DNA of 64,000 bases from an uncultured Acidobacteriota bacterium (GTDB lineage Bacteria; Acidobacteriota; Terriglobia; Acidiferrales; UBA7541): positions 160,801 to 224,800 of the forward strand of contig CAVPUS010000027.1 in assembly GCA_963709005.1 (NCBI GenBank). Direction: 5' to 3'. How positions within the stretch are numbered: the first letter of the stretch is position 1; each line of letters begins with the position of its first letter. Both the position numbers and the translations under genes were made by a program. Below the pieces are notes generated by a model. The model was not told the DNA's origin, made no database searches, and saw only the letters and a list, made by a program, of their open reading frames with translations. Positions 25,844 through 34,785 of this stretch are shown here, piece by piece.

Positions 25844-26515
25844 CTACCGGGCCCAGCCGGAGTCGCCGCCCGATTTGCGCAGCTCGTCTTCGGCATCGGA
25901 GATAGCCTGATTGTCCGCCTCGATCTCTTTTTTCTTCGCGTCAATCGCGGCGGTCTTTTTGTTGATGTCGCTGCGCGTGTATTCTTGCTGCAAGGCTTTC
26001 ATGGGATCGTCGTAGTGCTGCACGTCCAGCACGCCCAACTCTCGCTGCATCACGTCGAGATCCTGCTGATCGCGCTGTAGCTTGTCCCGCAACTTGCTGA
26101 ATCGCGCGCGCCACGTTTTCTCGTCGTTCGGCGCGGGAGCCGCTGCGGCCGCTGCGTCAGATGAGCCGCTGGCGTTCTCGGCCGATGCAGGGGACTGACC
26201 GACGGTCGAGACGCCCGCTGCCGGCAGTGTGTCGTTGTCAAAAGTCCTCGCGGACCTGGACGCTTCTTTCTTTTGCTCGCGCGCGCGGCGCGCGGCATCG
26301 GCAAGCGACTCCTTCTGCACCGGCGCGGGTACTTGTCCCTGCGCTTCCACGGGGGGTTTCGAAGGCGGCGCCGCATCTTTCTGCTTCTCCAATTCCGTCG
26401 GAGGCGGCGGCTGCGCGCCGTGCTGATTCTGCTGCTGATTTTGGTCCTGGCAAAAGGCGCTTGCCGGGAAAAGCAAAATTGCCGCTGTCGCGGCCAGAAA
26501 TGCGAGTCTGCGCAT
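25844..26515 (-). CDS. Secreted Gln/Pro-rich coiled-coil protein of unknown function
   Basis: Signal peptide MRRLAFLATAAILLFPASAFCQ, a Q/P/A-rich middle and a C-terminal heptad-like region (KLRDKLQRDQQDLDVMQRELGVLD...KKKEIEADNQAISDAEDELRK). The longer ORF-track version would overlap the kinase gene. Confidence 0.6.
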   Translation of the reverse strand: MRRLAFLAATAAILLFPASAFCQDQNQQQNQHGAQPPPPTELEKQKDAAPPSKPPVEAQGQVPAPVQKESLADAARRAREQKKEASRSARTFDNDTLPAAGVSTVGQSPASAENASGSSDAAAAAAPAPNDEKTWRARFSKLRDKLQRDQQDLDVMQRELGVLDVQHYDDPMKALQQEYTRSDINKKTAAIDAKKKEIEADNQAISDAEDELRKSGGDSGWAR

Positions 26516-26558
26516 GACGAACGCCTCCCGAGAGGCCGAGAATATGCCTGCCATTAGT

Positions 26559-27983
26559 TTAGATGCGGGCGGCTTGCGAGGGGAATAGAGACGGCGAGGA
26601 CTCCTGCCGCAAAGGTAACCACAGCAAGAACTCCGCACCGCCGCCAGGCTGGTTGCGAGCCTCGACACTCCCGCCGTGCTGAAGCGCCACTTTTTGCACG
26701 ACGGCGAGGCCGAGGCCGGTGCCTTCGGATTTCGTCGTGTAGAAGGGGAGAAAAATCTTCGGCAAATCGGACTGCGGAATTCCCGGGCCGTTGTCGGCCA
26801 CGCAGATGCGCTGCCATTTACGCCCGCCGAGATCTTCGATCGTACCGGAAATCGTGAGCCGCGGCGCGTTTCCTCCCGCCTGTGCGGCCTCCGCACCGTT
26901 GCGCGCGAGGTTCAGAAGCGCCTGCCGGAGCAGGGCTTCATCACCGGGCAGTTCCTCGAACGATCCCTGCTGTGCGATGGTGCATTGCGGGATCACCTCG
27001 TGGAGCTCGTCCGCAATGCTCTGGACAAGGGAATGCATGGGGACGGTCTCGTAACAGATTTCGAGCGGCTTCGCAAAGCGCAGGAATTCGGTGACAACGT
27101 GCGTGAGGGCGCGCGTCTGGTCCAGAATGCGGTCGGCCGATTCACGGATATCGCCGCCGGCCGGCGCCTCACTGCGAATCATTTGCGCATAGCCGGAGAC
27201 GGTGGCGACCGCGTTCTTGAATTCGTGGGCGATGCCGGCGGACATCTCGCCGAGCGCGGCCAGATTTTCTTTCCAGCGGATTTGCTTTTGCAGCGCGGTA
27301 AGCTCCGTCAAGTCGCTCATCAGGCACAACGCGCCACTTACTTTCTTTTCCGGAGCGGACGCCGGACTCCCCTCGGCGGCGCGTGCCATGTTTCGTACCG
27401 GCCGGAAAATGGGCGAAATCGTCACGCCCAAATGCCGCGCCTCGCCTTCCGGCGTGACGTGCTCGACCTCCGCGCGATGGAACGTCTGGCCGTCTCTTAG
27501 GCATGCCGTGAGCATTCTCGTAAGATCGCATTCGGCGCCCAGAACATCCTTGTACGAACGGTAACGCAGCGGGCGCATTCCGAGAGCTTCCTCCGCCGCA
27601 GGATTCGTGGAACCGATGGCGCCAGTCGCGCTCACGAGCAGCAGCCCGGTGGGCATGTTTCGCGTCACCTCTTCGGTGAGGCGCTCGGATTCCTGCGCGC
27701 GTTCCTGGGCCACGAGATGAAGTTGCGCAAGTTCCTTTTCCTGCGCGCGCAGTTTTTCGATCACGCCCTGCATCGAAGCGGTCATAAAGGCGGAAGCGTT
27801 TTCCGTGTCTGGTTTTGACTTTGACCACTCGCCAGTCCCCGAGCTGGATCGATCACGAAGGAATTTCCGAATCACGAAGGCAAGGACGATCATGATTGCA
27901 AACACAGCCACAAGCAGACCCACGGCGTAGACGACTCCGAAGGGCGACGCGACAATGGGGTGAGGATGAGCCGGGGCCATCAT
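26559..27983 (-). CDS. Sensor histidine kinase (single TM, PAS-like, HisKA, HATPase; NtrB/PilS-like)
   Basis: H-box EMSAGIAHEFKNAV. N box LNLARNGAEA. G boxes DNGPGI and GTGLGLAVV. Confidence 0.85.
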   Translation of the reverse strand: MMAPAHPHPIVASPFGVVYAVGLLVAVFAIMIVLAFVIRKFLRDRSSSGTGEWSKSKPDTENASAFMTASMQGVIEKLRAQEKELAQLHLVAQERAQESERLTEEVTRNMPTGLLLVSATGAIGSTNPAAEEALGMRPLRYRSYKDVLGAECDLTRMLTACLRDGQTFHRAEVEHVTPEGEARHLGVTISPIFRPVRNMARAAEGSPASAPEKKVSGALCLMSDLTELTALQKQIRWKENLAALGEMSAGIAHEFKNAVATVSGYAQMIRSEAPAGGDIRESADRILDQTRALTHVVTEFLRFAKPLEICYETVPMHSLVQSIADELHEVIPQCTIAQQGSFEELPGDEALLRQALLNLARNGAEAAQAGGNAPRLTISGTIEDLGGRKWQRICVADNGPGIPQSDLPKIFLPFYTTKSEGTGLGLAVVQKVALQHGGSVEARNQPGGGAEFLLWLPLRQESSPSLFPSQAARI

Positions 27984-28002
27984 GAAAGAATCTCTCTAGC
28001 CA

Positions 28003-28866
28003 TCATCGCACCATCAGGAGCGATTGGTACCAATTTACGACCGGCGTGCCGAAAAAGACCACCAGCAGGGCCGCGGCTCCGAGGAAGGTGCCAAAGGGCA
28101 ATTCGTAGTCCGAACCCTTGCGGCGCAGGAGAATGAACGCGATGCCGAGGACGCTGCCCAGCACGGCTCCGGCGAAGATGGTGAGAAGCGTGCGCTTCGC
28201 GCCCAGAAATGCGCCCGCCATCAGCATCATTTTCACGTCGCCGAGACCCATACCTTCGCGGCCCCGCAGGCGGAAATAGCCCTCGGAGACTGCCCAAAGC
28301 AGGCCGCTTCCGAGCGCCGCTCCCAGAATCGCATCCACAAAAGAAAGCACGGGCGCCGGGGGAGGGAAGTCGAACATTTTGTTCGCGAGCCACAGCGCAG
28401 TGCCGTCGCTCGGCTGGGTGACGAAGCTCAGCGCCAGGCCGATTCCGAAGCCCGTGAAGTTGACGGCATCGGGCAGCAAGCGCTCGCGCAGGTCGGTGAA
28501 CACCAGAACAATCATGATTGCGGAGAACGCGGCCCACTTCAGGGTCTCAAGCGTCAGCCCGAATGCCTTGTAGCACGCGAAGAACAGCAGTCCCGTGAGC
28601 AGCTCGACAATCGGGTACATCGGCGAAATCGACGTCTTGCACTTGCGGCATTTTCCGCGGAGCAGGAGCCAACTGATCACCGGAATATTGTCGTAGGGAC
28701 GAATTGGCGTGCCGCACTTGGGGCACGCCGACGCCGGCGTCACAATGGATTTGCCGCCCGGGATGCGCAGGATGCAAACGTTGAGAAAGCTGCCGATGAT
28801 CAGCCCAAATAGAAATATGAAGATTGGGATCAGGGTCGAAGGGGCCACGATGTGAATCTGACACAT
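28003..28866 (-). CDS. pilD: Prepilin peptidase / N-methyltransferase (A24 family)
   Basis: GSFLNVCILRIP...CPKCGTPIRPYDNIPVISWLLLRGKCRKCKTSIS (Cys4 motif) and both catalytic Asp regions (VFTDLRERLLPD; GLGDVKMM). Confidence 0.9.
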   Translation of the reverse strand: MCQIHIVAPSTLIPIFIFLFGLIIGSFLNVCILRIPGGKSIVTPASACPKCGTPIRPYDNIPVISWLLLRGKCRKCKTSISPMYPIVELLTGLLFFACYKAFGLTLETLKWAAFSAIMIVLVFTDLRERLLPDAVNFTGFGIGLALSFVTQPSDGTALWLANKMFDFPPPAPVLSFVDAILGAALGSGLLWAVSEGYFRLRGREGMGLGDVKMMLMAGAFLGAKRTLLTIFAGAVLGSVLGIAFILLRRKGSDYELPFGTFLGAAALLVVFFGTPVVNWYQSLLMVR

Positions 28867-29052
28867 CCGTAGTGCTCTCTCAAGGCGCGCCCGGGGCACG
28901 GTGCCCGAGTTCTAACGAACGAGCTCTGGATCACTTTCCGGTTCCGCGTTAATCGGGCGCTAGTGCGCGCCAGAGTCAGAATCTCTATGAACGGTAAAGT
29001 TAGGTATCCTGTTGCAATAGTAGGCGATTCAATCTTGGTCTAGGGGCGACCT

Positions 29053-29592
29053 ATGAGGAAGATGGTTTTGGTGGTGCTGATGCTTCTTGCGGCGGTGGGA
29101 CCGCTAGGTTCTCAAACGGCAACACAGAGTCAGTTGAGGAGCGACTCTATCGAAATCTGCCATGCCAAGCTACGACTAGGGATGACGGAGGCTGAAGTTG
29201 CCGAGAAACTCTCCGGGGCAGAAATCGCTCGGGGGCCGGGGAGCGTCTGGATAGTCCAACAAAATGGTTCCGTGATCCAATTTGAAAATGGAAAACTGGT
29301 CTTTGCAACCCGATGGTGGAGCAACGAAAACAACGATATCGCAGATGCGCTATTTGGGGTCGTCAGCTATTTCAATAACGAAGGCGTCAGAGCGTGTTCG
29401 GTCCTCGCCGACAATTTTCCTGATTCGACCTTAAGCAATGAGAAGGTGAGGATTACCGGCCAGAGGGTGAGGATTTCGTGCGGCGACAAAACCATTGTGA
29501 TTGGCAAGGAAACGATGAACGGTCAAAACTTCAGCTCCGTTACGGAAACCCTGGGAAAACGGAAGCGGCACTCCGAAGATAAGCCGCAATGA
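29053..29592 (+). CDS. Orphan secreted protein in a lower-GC stretch
   Basis: Signal peptide MRKMVLVVLMLLAAVGPLGSQ. I recognise no family. Local GC is about 45-55%, against about 60% or more in the flanks. Confidence 0.5.
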   Translation: MRKMVLVVLMLLAAVGPLGSQTATQSQLRSDSIEICHAKLRLGMTEAEVAEKLSGAEIARGPGSVWIVQQNGSVIQFENGKLVFATRWWSNENNDIADALFGVVSYFNNEGVRACSVLADNFPDSTLSNEKVRITGQRVRISCGDKTIVIGKETMNGQNFSSVTETLGKRKRHSEDKPQ

Positions 29593-29687
29593 AAGCGATG
29601 TTTCAGAGAAGTGAATCACCACCTTCAGTTGGATGTATTGCCGGATTTACGTGAACTGACCTCACTACCCAGGGCGCACGGGCGCGG

Positions 29688-29716
29688 TTGATTGGCATAC
29701 ATCGGTACGCTATATT
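29688..29716 (+). promoter_or_regulatory. Sigma70-type promoter candidate upstream of the frameshifted hydrolase gene
   Basis: TTGATT (29688-29693), a 17-nt spacer, then TATATT (29711-29716), 18 nt before the ATG at 29734. Confidence 0.45.
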
Positions 29717-29733
29717 CAATTGTTTTGCACATC

Positions 29734-30748
29734 ATGAGTTGGCTCGAACAGAAGATTCGCCGCTATGAACACATGCGCTGGGCGCAGGAACCCAACCGGC
29801 GCACTCTTCCGTTTGCATGGGGCCTGGAACACATCGGCGGCGATGCTAAGGAGGCAGATCCGCGAGGCTTCCTCGACCGCTTCGTTACGGACACGCTCGC
29901 GAATAGCGACGCGTGGTATGCAGCGACGCCTGCCGACGACTACGAACTCCATGACAATGTGCTGACGTTTACGAGCGCGCTCGAATCGCCGTGGCCCGAG
30001 AACAATCGCGTCCACGGGCAATTCTTTCCGGCGCGCCATACGGGCCCTGCCGTTGTCGTGCTTGCGCAATGGAATGCACGGTGGGAAGAGCAGACGGACG
30101 TGTGCCGCTGACTTGAACAAGCTCGGAATCACGGCGCTCAAGATGAGCCTGCCGTATCACGACCGCCGCGCGATTCCGGGCCATCCCCGCGGCGACCATC
30201 TGGTGGGGCCGAATATCGGGCTGACGATGCAGGCGAATCGCCAGGCGGTTCTCGACGCGCGCCGCTGCCTGCGCTGGCTCGAGCAGCGCGGCTACGATCA
30301 TCTCGGCATCCTGGGCACGAGTATCGGTTCGTCCATCGCGTTCATCACCATGTGCCACGAGCCGGGCTTGCGCGCGGGCGCGTTTCTACACGTGGCTACG
30401 TATTGCGGCGATGTTGTGACGAACGGATTGACGACCATGAACGTGTGGGAATCGCTGCGAACGAAGATTTCGCCGGAAGAATTGAAGCGCTATTGGTCGC
30501 CGATCAGCCCGTTCCCGTATCTCTCGAAACTGCACGGCACGGCGAAAAAGATTCTTGCGATCACGGCCAGCTACGATCCCACGTTCTGGCCCGAGTTCAC
30601 CAACGCGTTCCTCGATGCGGCGCGCGCGGACGGCATGCGGTTCGAGAATCTTTCACTGCCTTGTGGGCACTATTCGCTGGGAGTCGCGCCGTTCAAATGG
30701 GTGGCAGGCTACCGGTTCGGGACGTTCCTCTTCGAAAGCCTGGCCTAG
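29734..30748 (+). pseudogene. Alpha/beta hydrolase gene split by a +1 frameshift near 30100
   Basis: ORF 29734-30111 ends ...VVVLAQWNARWEEQTDVCR-TGA. The +1 frame continues DLNKLGITALKMSLPYH... with the nucleophile elbow GTSIGS through to 30748. The two pieces make one hydrolase-sized protein of about 338 aa. Confidence 0.6.
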
Positions 30749-30755
30749 ATTAAAC

Positions 30756-30890
30756 CTAGAAGCTATCTCATAAATGTGAATGGGGGCCGGGTGAGCCATG
30801 GCTTCAGGGGCTAAAGCCCGCTAATTGTGGCTTTTGGTACGGCGGGGTTGAAACCCCGCCCTTCCAACCCATTTATGAGATGACTTCTAG
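30756..30890. mobile_element. MITE-like 135-bp element: 21-nt terminal inverted repeats around a two-hairpin repeat core (copy B)
   Basis: The left TIR is CTAGAAGCTATCTCATAAATG (30756-30776). The right TIR is CATTTATGAGATGACTTCTAG (30870-30890). The two are complementary at 19 of 21 positions. The core holds GGCGGGGT-TGAA-ACCCCGCC (30841-30860). The element fills the gap between two convergent stop codons. Confidence 0.6.
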
Positions 30891-30891
30891 A

Positions 30892-32439
30892 CTAAAGCAG
30901 CAGACGGCTGAACGCGCCGGCGGCAATCATGCGGCTGACGGCTTCAATATCCGGCGCGAGCGAGCGATCTACATCGACCATCGCGGATGCGGAGCGCACG
31001 AGATCGTAGGCCTTGCGCGCTTCCTTGCCCGTCTGAAGCGGCGCGAGCAAGTCCAAGCCCTGGCACGCGGCGAGCAACTCCATCGCGAGCACGTTGCGCA
31101 GATTTGCCAGCATAGGCGAAAGCCGCCGCGCGGCTCCCATGCCCATCGAGACGTAATCTTCCTGGTTCGCGGACGTGGGAATCGAATCCACGGAATGCGG
31201 CGCAGCCAGAACTTTCATCTCGCTTGCGAGCGCCGCGGCGGCTACCTGAAGCATCATGAAGCCCGAGTTCAATCCAGGATCGCGAACGAGGAAAGCGGGC
31301 AACTGGCTCGTCTGAGGATTGGTCATCTGTTCGATACGGCGCTCGGAAATTCCCGCGAGGCTCGCGAGGGCGACGGCGAGCTGGTCGGCGGCCATCGCGA
31401 GGGGCTGGCCGTGAAAATTTCCGCCGCTGATGATTTCTCCCATGCCTGCCGATGGACCCGCAAAAACAAGGGGATTGTCCGTTGCGCTGTTTAATTCGAT
31501 GTTCACGATGGCGCGGACGTGCGCGAGGCTGTCGCGTACGGCACCGTGGACCTGGGGAGTGCAGCGCAGGCTGTAAGGATCCTGGACGCGAGGATCCTTC
31601 GCGGGCGAGCGATGCGATTCGCGGATTTCACTGCCGCGGTTGAGGCGTTCGAGGTTTCGCGCGGTTGTCGCGTGGCCCGGAAATGGCCGCACGTTCGCGA
31701 TGCGCGCGTCGAAGGGCGCGGGGCTTCCGCGCAGAGCGTCGAGCGAAAGCGCGCACGCCACGTCCGCCGTGCCGGCGGCGATTTCCGCTTCGCGCAGACC
31801 TAGCGCGAGGAGCGCGAGCATGGCCTGCGTGCCATTCAGCAGCGCGAGCCCTTCCTTGGCCTCGAGCGTGAGCGGAGCAACGCCGGCTTGCTTCATCGCG
31901 TCGGCACCGGGCATTTCCGCGCCGCGATAAATGGCGCGGCCTTCGCCGATGACCACCTGCGCGAGATGGGCGAGCGGCGCAAGATCTCCCGATGCACCGA
32001 CGGAGCCTTGCGAGGGAATCAGCGGGTGAACGCCGCGATTCAGCATCGCGCAAAGCGTTTCGACGATGACAGGGCGAACGCCGGAGAAGCCCTTGGCAAT
32101 CGCGTTGGCGCGCAACACCAGCATGGCGCGCGTTTCGTGGTCGCCGAGCGGCGCTCCCACGCCGCATGCGTGGCTGCGAACCAGATTCACCTGCAACTGC
32201 CGGATCTGCTCGCGGGAAATTCGCACCGATGCCATCTTGCCGAAGCCGGTGTTGACGCCGTACACGGCCGCGTCCGATTCGAGCAGCCGCTCGACCACCG
32301 CGCGCGAGGCGATCATTCGCTCTCGGGCCGGCGCGGCAAGCTGGATTGCAGCGCCGTCAAAAACGGCGCGCTCGAGATCCGCCTGCGTCAGGTGCTCGCC
32401 GTCAATTTGAATTGGGATTTGAATTGGGTTCGCGCTCAT
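30892..32439 (-). CDS. hutH: Histidine ammonia-lyase
   Basis: MIO-forming GASGDLAPLAH, the N-terminal YGVNTGFGKMASVRI and Ser-His at the substrate-selectivity switch (NLVRSHACGVG), as in HAL rather than PAL or TAL. Confidence 0.9.
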   Translation of the reverse strand: MSANPIQIPIQIDGEHLTQADLERAVFDGAAIQLAAPARERMIASRAVVERLLESDAAVYGVNTGFGKMASVRISREQIRQLQVNLVRSHACGVGAPLGDHETRAMLVLRANAIAKGFSGVRPVIVETLCAMLNRGVHPLIPSQGSVGASGDLAPLAHLAQVVIGEGRAIYRGAEMPGADAMKQAGVAPLTLEAKEGLALLNGTQAMLALLALGLREAEIAAGTADVACALSLDALRGSPAPFDARIANVRPFPGHATTARNLERLNRGSEIRESHRSPAKDPRVQDPYSLRCTPQVHGAVRDSLAHVRAIVNIELNSATDNPLVFAGPSAGMGEIISGGNFHGQPLAMAADQLAVALASLAGISERRIEQMTNPQTSQLPAFLVRDPGLNSGFMMLQVAAAALASEMKVLAAPHSVDSIPTSANQEDYVSMGMGAARRLSPMLANLRNVLAMELLAACQGLDLLAPLQTGKEARKAYDLVRSASAMVDVDRSLAPDIEAVSRMIAAGAFSRLLL

Positions 32440-32443
32440 GCGT

Positions 32444-32893
32444 TCACCGGGACGCCGCCGCGGACTTCGGAGCGTTCGCGCTGCGATGCGTGGCAGGAAA
32501 ATACTTCCGGTATTTTTCCGGAAGAGATTTGGGACGGCCCAGGCGGTCGCAGATCACATGGAGCGTTTCGCCGGTCGCCAGCAGGGTGTCCGAGCCGTGC
32601 ATGCGAATTTCGTAGCCGAAGCGAACGGTGCGCCGCTGCGCCTCAGTCACGCGCGTGCGGATCACGAGGAGGTCGTCGAAGCGCGCCGAGCGATTGTAGC
32701 GGCAGTACGCCTCGGCGACGACGATGAAGCTGTCGTCCTCGGATTCCATTTTCTTGTATTCGAAGCCAAGCTGGCGGCAAAGCTCCACGCGTCCGATTTC
32801 AAACCACACGAAATAATTCGCGTAGTAAACAATTCCCATCTGGTCGGTTTCGCCGTAGCGAACGCGAATCGTCGTGTCAGCGTAGTCGTTCAT
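32444..32893 (-). CDS. Acyl-CoA thioesterase (4HBT/YbgC family, hotdog fold)
   Basis: IRVRYGETDQMGIVYYANYFVWFEIGR is the signature N-terminal motif containing the catalytic Asp. Confidence 0.85.
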   Translation of the reverse strand: MNDYADTTIRVRYGETDQMGIVYYANYFVWFEIGRVELCRQLGFEYKKMESEDDSFIVVAEAYCRYNRSARFDDLLVIRTRVTEAQRRTVRFGYEIRMHGSDTLLATGETLHVICDRLGRPKSLPEKYRKYFPATHRSANAPKSAAASR

Positions 32894-32951
32894 GCGCGAA
32901 AAAGTGTAACAGAGGGCGCGCGAAGGTCAAAAAATCCTCGCTTCTCATGGG

Positions 32952-34757
32952 TTAGACTTCCAGGCCTATCGAGCGCATCAGCTCCAAGGCGTTGCTGGTT
33001 TGCACGATTCCCGCGCTGAGGCGGTAATCGAAATGGAGCGCGCCGTTCTCCAGCCGGTCTTCAAAATGCATGTTGACGGCACGAGCCCCCAACGAATCGG
33101 CGATTTGAGTCAGCGCCAAATCGTGAGTGGTTACGATCCCCATTGCACCTCGCGCAACGAGCGTCTGCACAACGGCCTGTGCGCCAATGCGGCGGTCGTG
33201 AGAGTTTGTGCCCTGGAGCAATTCGTCCAGCAGGAACAAAACCGGCAAAGGACCCTTCGCCAAATCGGTAATCTGCTTCAAGCGCGTTATTTCTGCGTAG
33301 AAGCGAGAAATCCCTCCCTGAAGGGAATCCAGTATGCAGATGGAAGCGGCGAGGGCAAGGTGCGAAAGGCGCAGCCGCCGCGCGCGAACGGGCGCGCCGC
33401 ACAGGGCGAGCACCGCGTTGATTCCGACCGCGCGGACGAGAGTACTTTTCCCGGCCATGTTCGGACCGCTGATTATGATGAGCTGCAATTCACGGCCAAG
33501 CTTCAAGCCATTCGGCACGGCGCGGCTCTGCGGAATCAGAGGATGGGTGAACGACTCGGCCTCAAAGCAAGGCGCATCTTCCGTGAACTCCGGGAAAACG
33601 TCAGCAGGATGCTCGTATGCGTAAGCGGAGAGGGATAGCAGCGCCTCCATTTCTCCCACTACCGCAAGCCATCGGCGTACGGCGGGGCCGAAGTTCCTGC
33701 GCCACGCTTCCACGCCGTAAGTGAGCTGCAAGGTCCAAAATAAGAATGGATCAAAGGCCCGTACGAGCGGGTTCCGTCTGGATTCAAGATATGCAACCAG
33801 ACAGCTCAATCGAGCAATCGAGCGAGAAGGAAGCAGGCCTTGCGTTTTCAACTCAGCCTGGAGTGCAACGAGTTTTGCAGCCGAGAACGTCTCGCGTTCC
33901 AGCCGCGCGAGTACTTCGGAGAGCAGCGCGAGATCCCGAGTCGCTTCCTCGATCTGTTGAAGGGCGCTTCCGATGCGCTTGCTGGATTGCTGCCGGTACA
34001 CCACGTTCACAAGACTGGTGATCAGCGCCAGATACCCCAGGCCCCACACAGCCCATGCAATCAAGCTGACGATCCACAAAATAGTGAGCATGGCTGCGAC
34101 TACACGCCCCGATCCCAATTTGAGCAAAGGCTCGCCTTCGGCCCAGGCCAGCAATGCGTCAGGCCGAACCCCCGAGCGAACATCCTCTCCGAGAACGGCC
34201 ATGTTCTCGCGAAGGTCGAGCCGATTGCGCAGCTCGGAAATGGCGGTCTGCCGGGCGCTGATTTCGTCGAGAGGAGCGGGCGCAAGCAGCCAGTCAGCCA
34301 GAGTTGACTCCCCGGCACGCGTGCGGGCCGTGCAAAGCAATTCGAAGAGGGAGCCTTTGCCAAACAAGTCGAGATCGCGCGAGTAGGGATGTGACGGCTG
34401 CAAGAAGCGCTCACCTGTTTCGCCGGTTCCGATCCAGCAGTCGTCGAGGCGGCCAATCCCGCGTTGATAGTATGCGCGCAGCCGCAAGCATGCTCGAAGC
34501 GCGCGGAGGACGCGCGAATGAACAATCGTGAGGAAAACAAAGATGAATGCCGGGAGCAGAGGCCAATAAATTGCAAAGTTTCGAGAAGCCAAAACCCAAA
34601 TCGCGAGAATCACAATCGCCGAGCCCGCGGCCAGGTTGGCGTTCCCAAGCAATTTGTGGCGATGCTCGTAAGCAGACTGCCTGACCCGCAGGTCGTCCAG
34701 CCGCCGCGAATACTCAGTACGGGCATCCTGATTAGTTGTTAAGGATTCAGCGCACAT
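32952..34757 (-). CDS. Membrane-associated MutS-related ATPase (MutS domain V only; no mismatch-binding or Smr domain)
   Basis: Walker A GPNMAGKSTLVRAVG. Walker B and signature region LFLLDELLQGTNSHDR and TTHDL. Hydrophobic helices lie in the N-terminal half (AIVILAIWVLA..., AAMLTILWIVSLIAWAVWGLGYLALI). The start is set at MCAESL so that it does not overlap the crotonase gene. Confidence 0.75.
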   Translation of the reverse strand: MCAESLTTNQDARTEYSRRLDDLRVRQSAYEHRHKLLGNANLAAGSAIVILAIWVLASRNFAIYWPLLPAFIFVFLTIVHSRVLRALRACLRLRAYYQRGIGRLDDCWIGTGETGERFLQPSHPYSRDLDLFGKGSLFELLCTARTRAGESTLADWLLAPAPLDEISARQTAISELRNRLDLRENMAVLGEDVRSGVRPDALLAWAEGEPLLKLGSGRVVAAMLTILWIVSLIAWAVWGLGYLALITSLVNVVYRQQSSKRIGSALQQIEEATRDLALLSEVLARLERETFSAAKLVALQAELKTQGLLPSRSIARLSCLVAYLESRRNPLVRAFDPFLFWTLQLTYGVEAWRRNFGPAVRRWLAVVGEMEALLSLSAYAYEHPADVFPEFTEDAPCFEAESFTHPLIPQSRAVPNGLKLGRELQLIIISGPNMAGKSTLVRAVGINAVLALCGAPVRARRLRLSHLALAASICILDSLQGGISRFYAEITRLKQITDLAKGPLPVLFLLDELLQGTNSHDRRIGAQAVVQTLVARGAMGIVTTHDLALTQIADSLGARAVNMHFEDRLENGALHFDYRLSAGIVQTSNALELMRSIGLEV

Positions 34758-34785
34758 AGGACACGTCCGTGGAAGATGGGCGCGG

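Noticed and set aside
26516-26896. Upstream extension of the 25844-26896 ORF, overlapping the histidine kinase gene.
   Set aside because: It would overlap the conserved HATPase domain coding region in another frame. The internal Met at 26515 gives a clean signal peptide and a 43-nt intergenic gap.
30095-30111. Programmed +1 ribosomal frameshift (prfB-like) at CGC-TGA-C in the hydrolase gene.
   Set aside because: There is no slippery CUU-U-type codon that would allow re-pairing, and no SD-like stimulator at the right distance. An indel or sequencing error is the simpler explanation.
30892-32439. Possibility that the ammonia-lyase is a tyrosine or phenylalanine ammonia-lyase involved in secondary metabolism.
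   Set aside because: The selectivity-switch residues are Ser-His (LVRSHACG), as in histidine ammonia-lyases. They are not His-Leu (TAL) or Phe-Leu (PAL).
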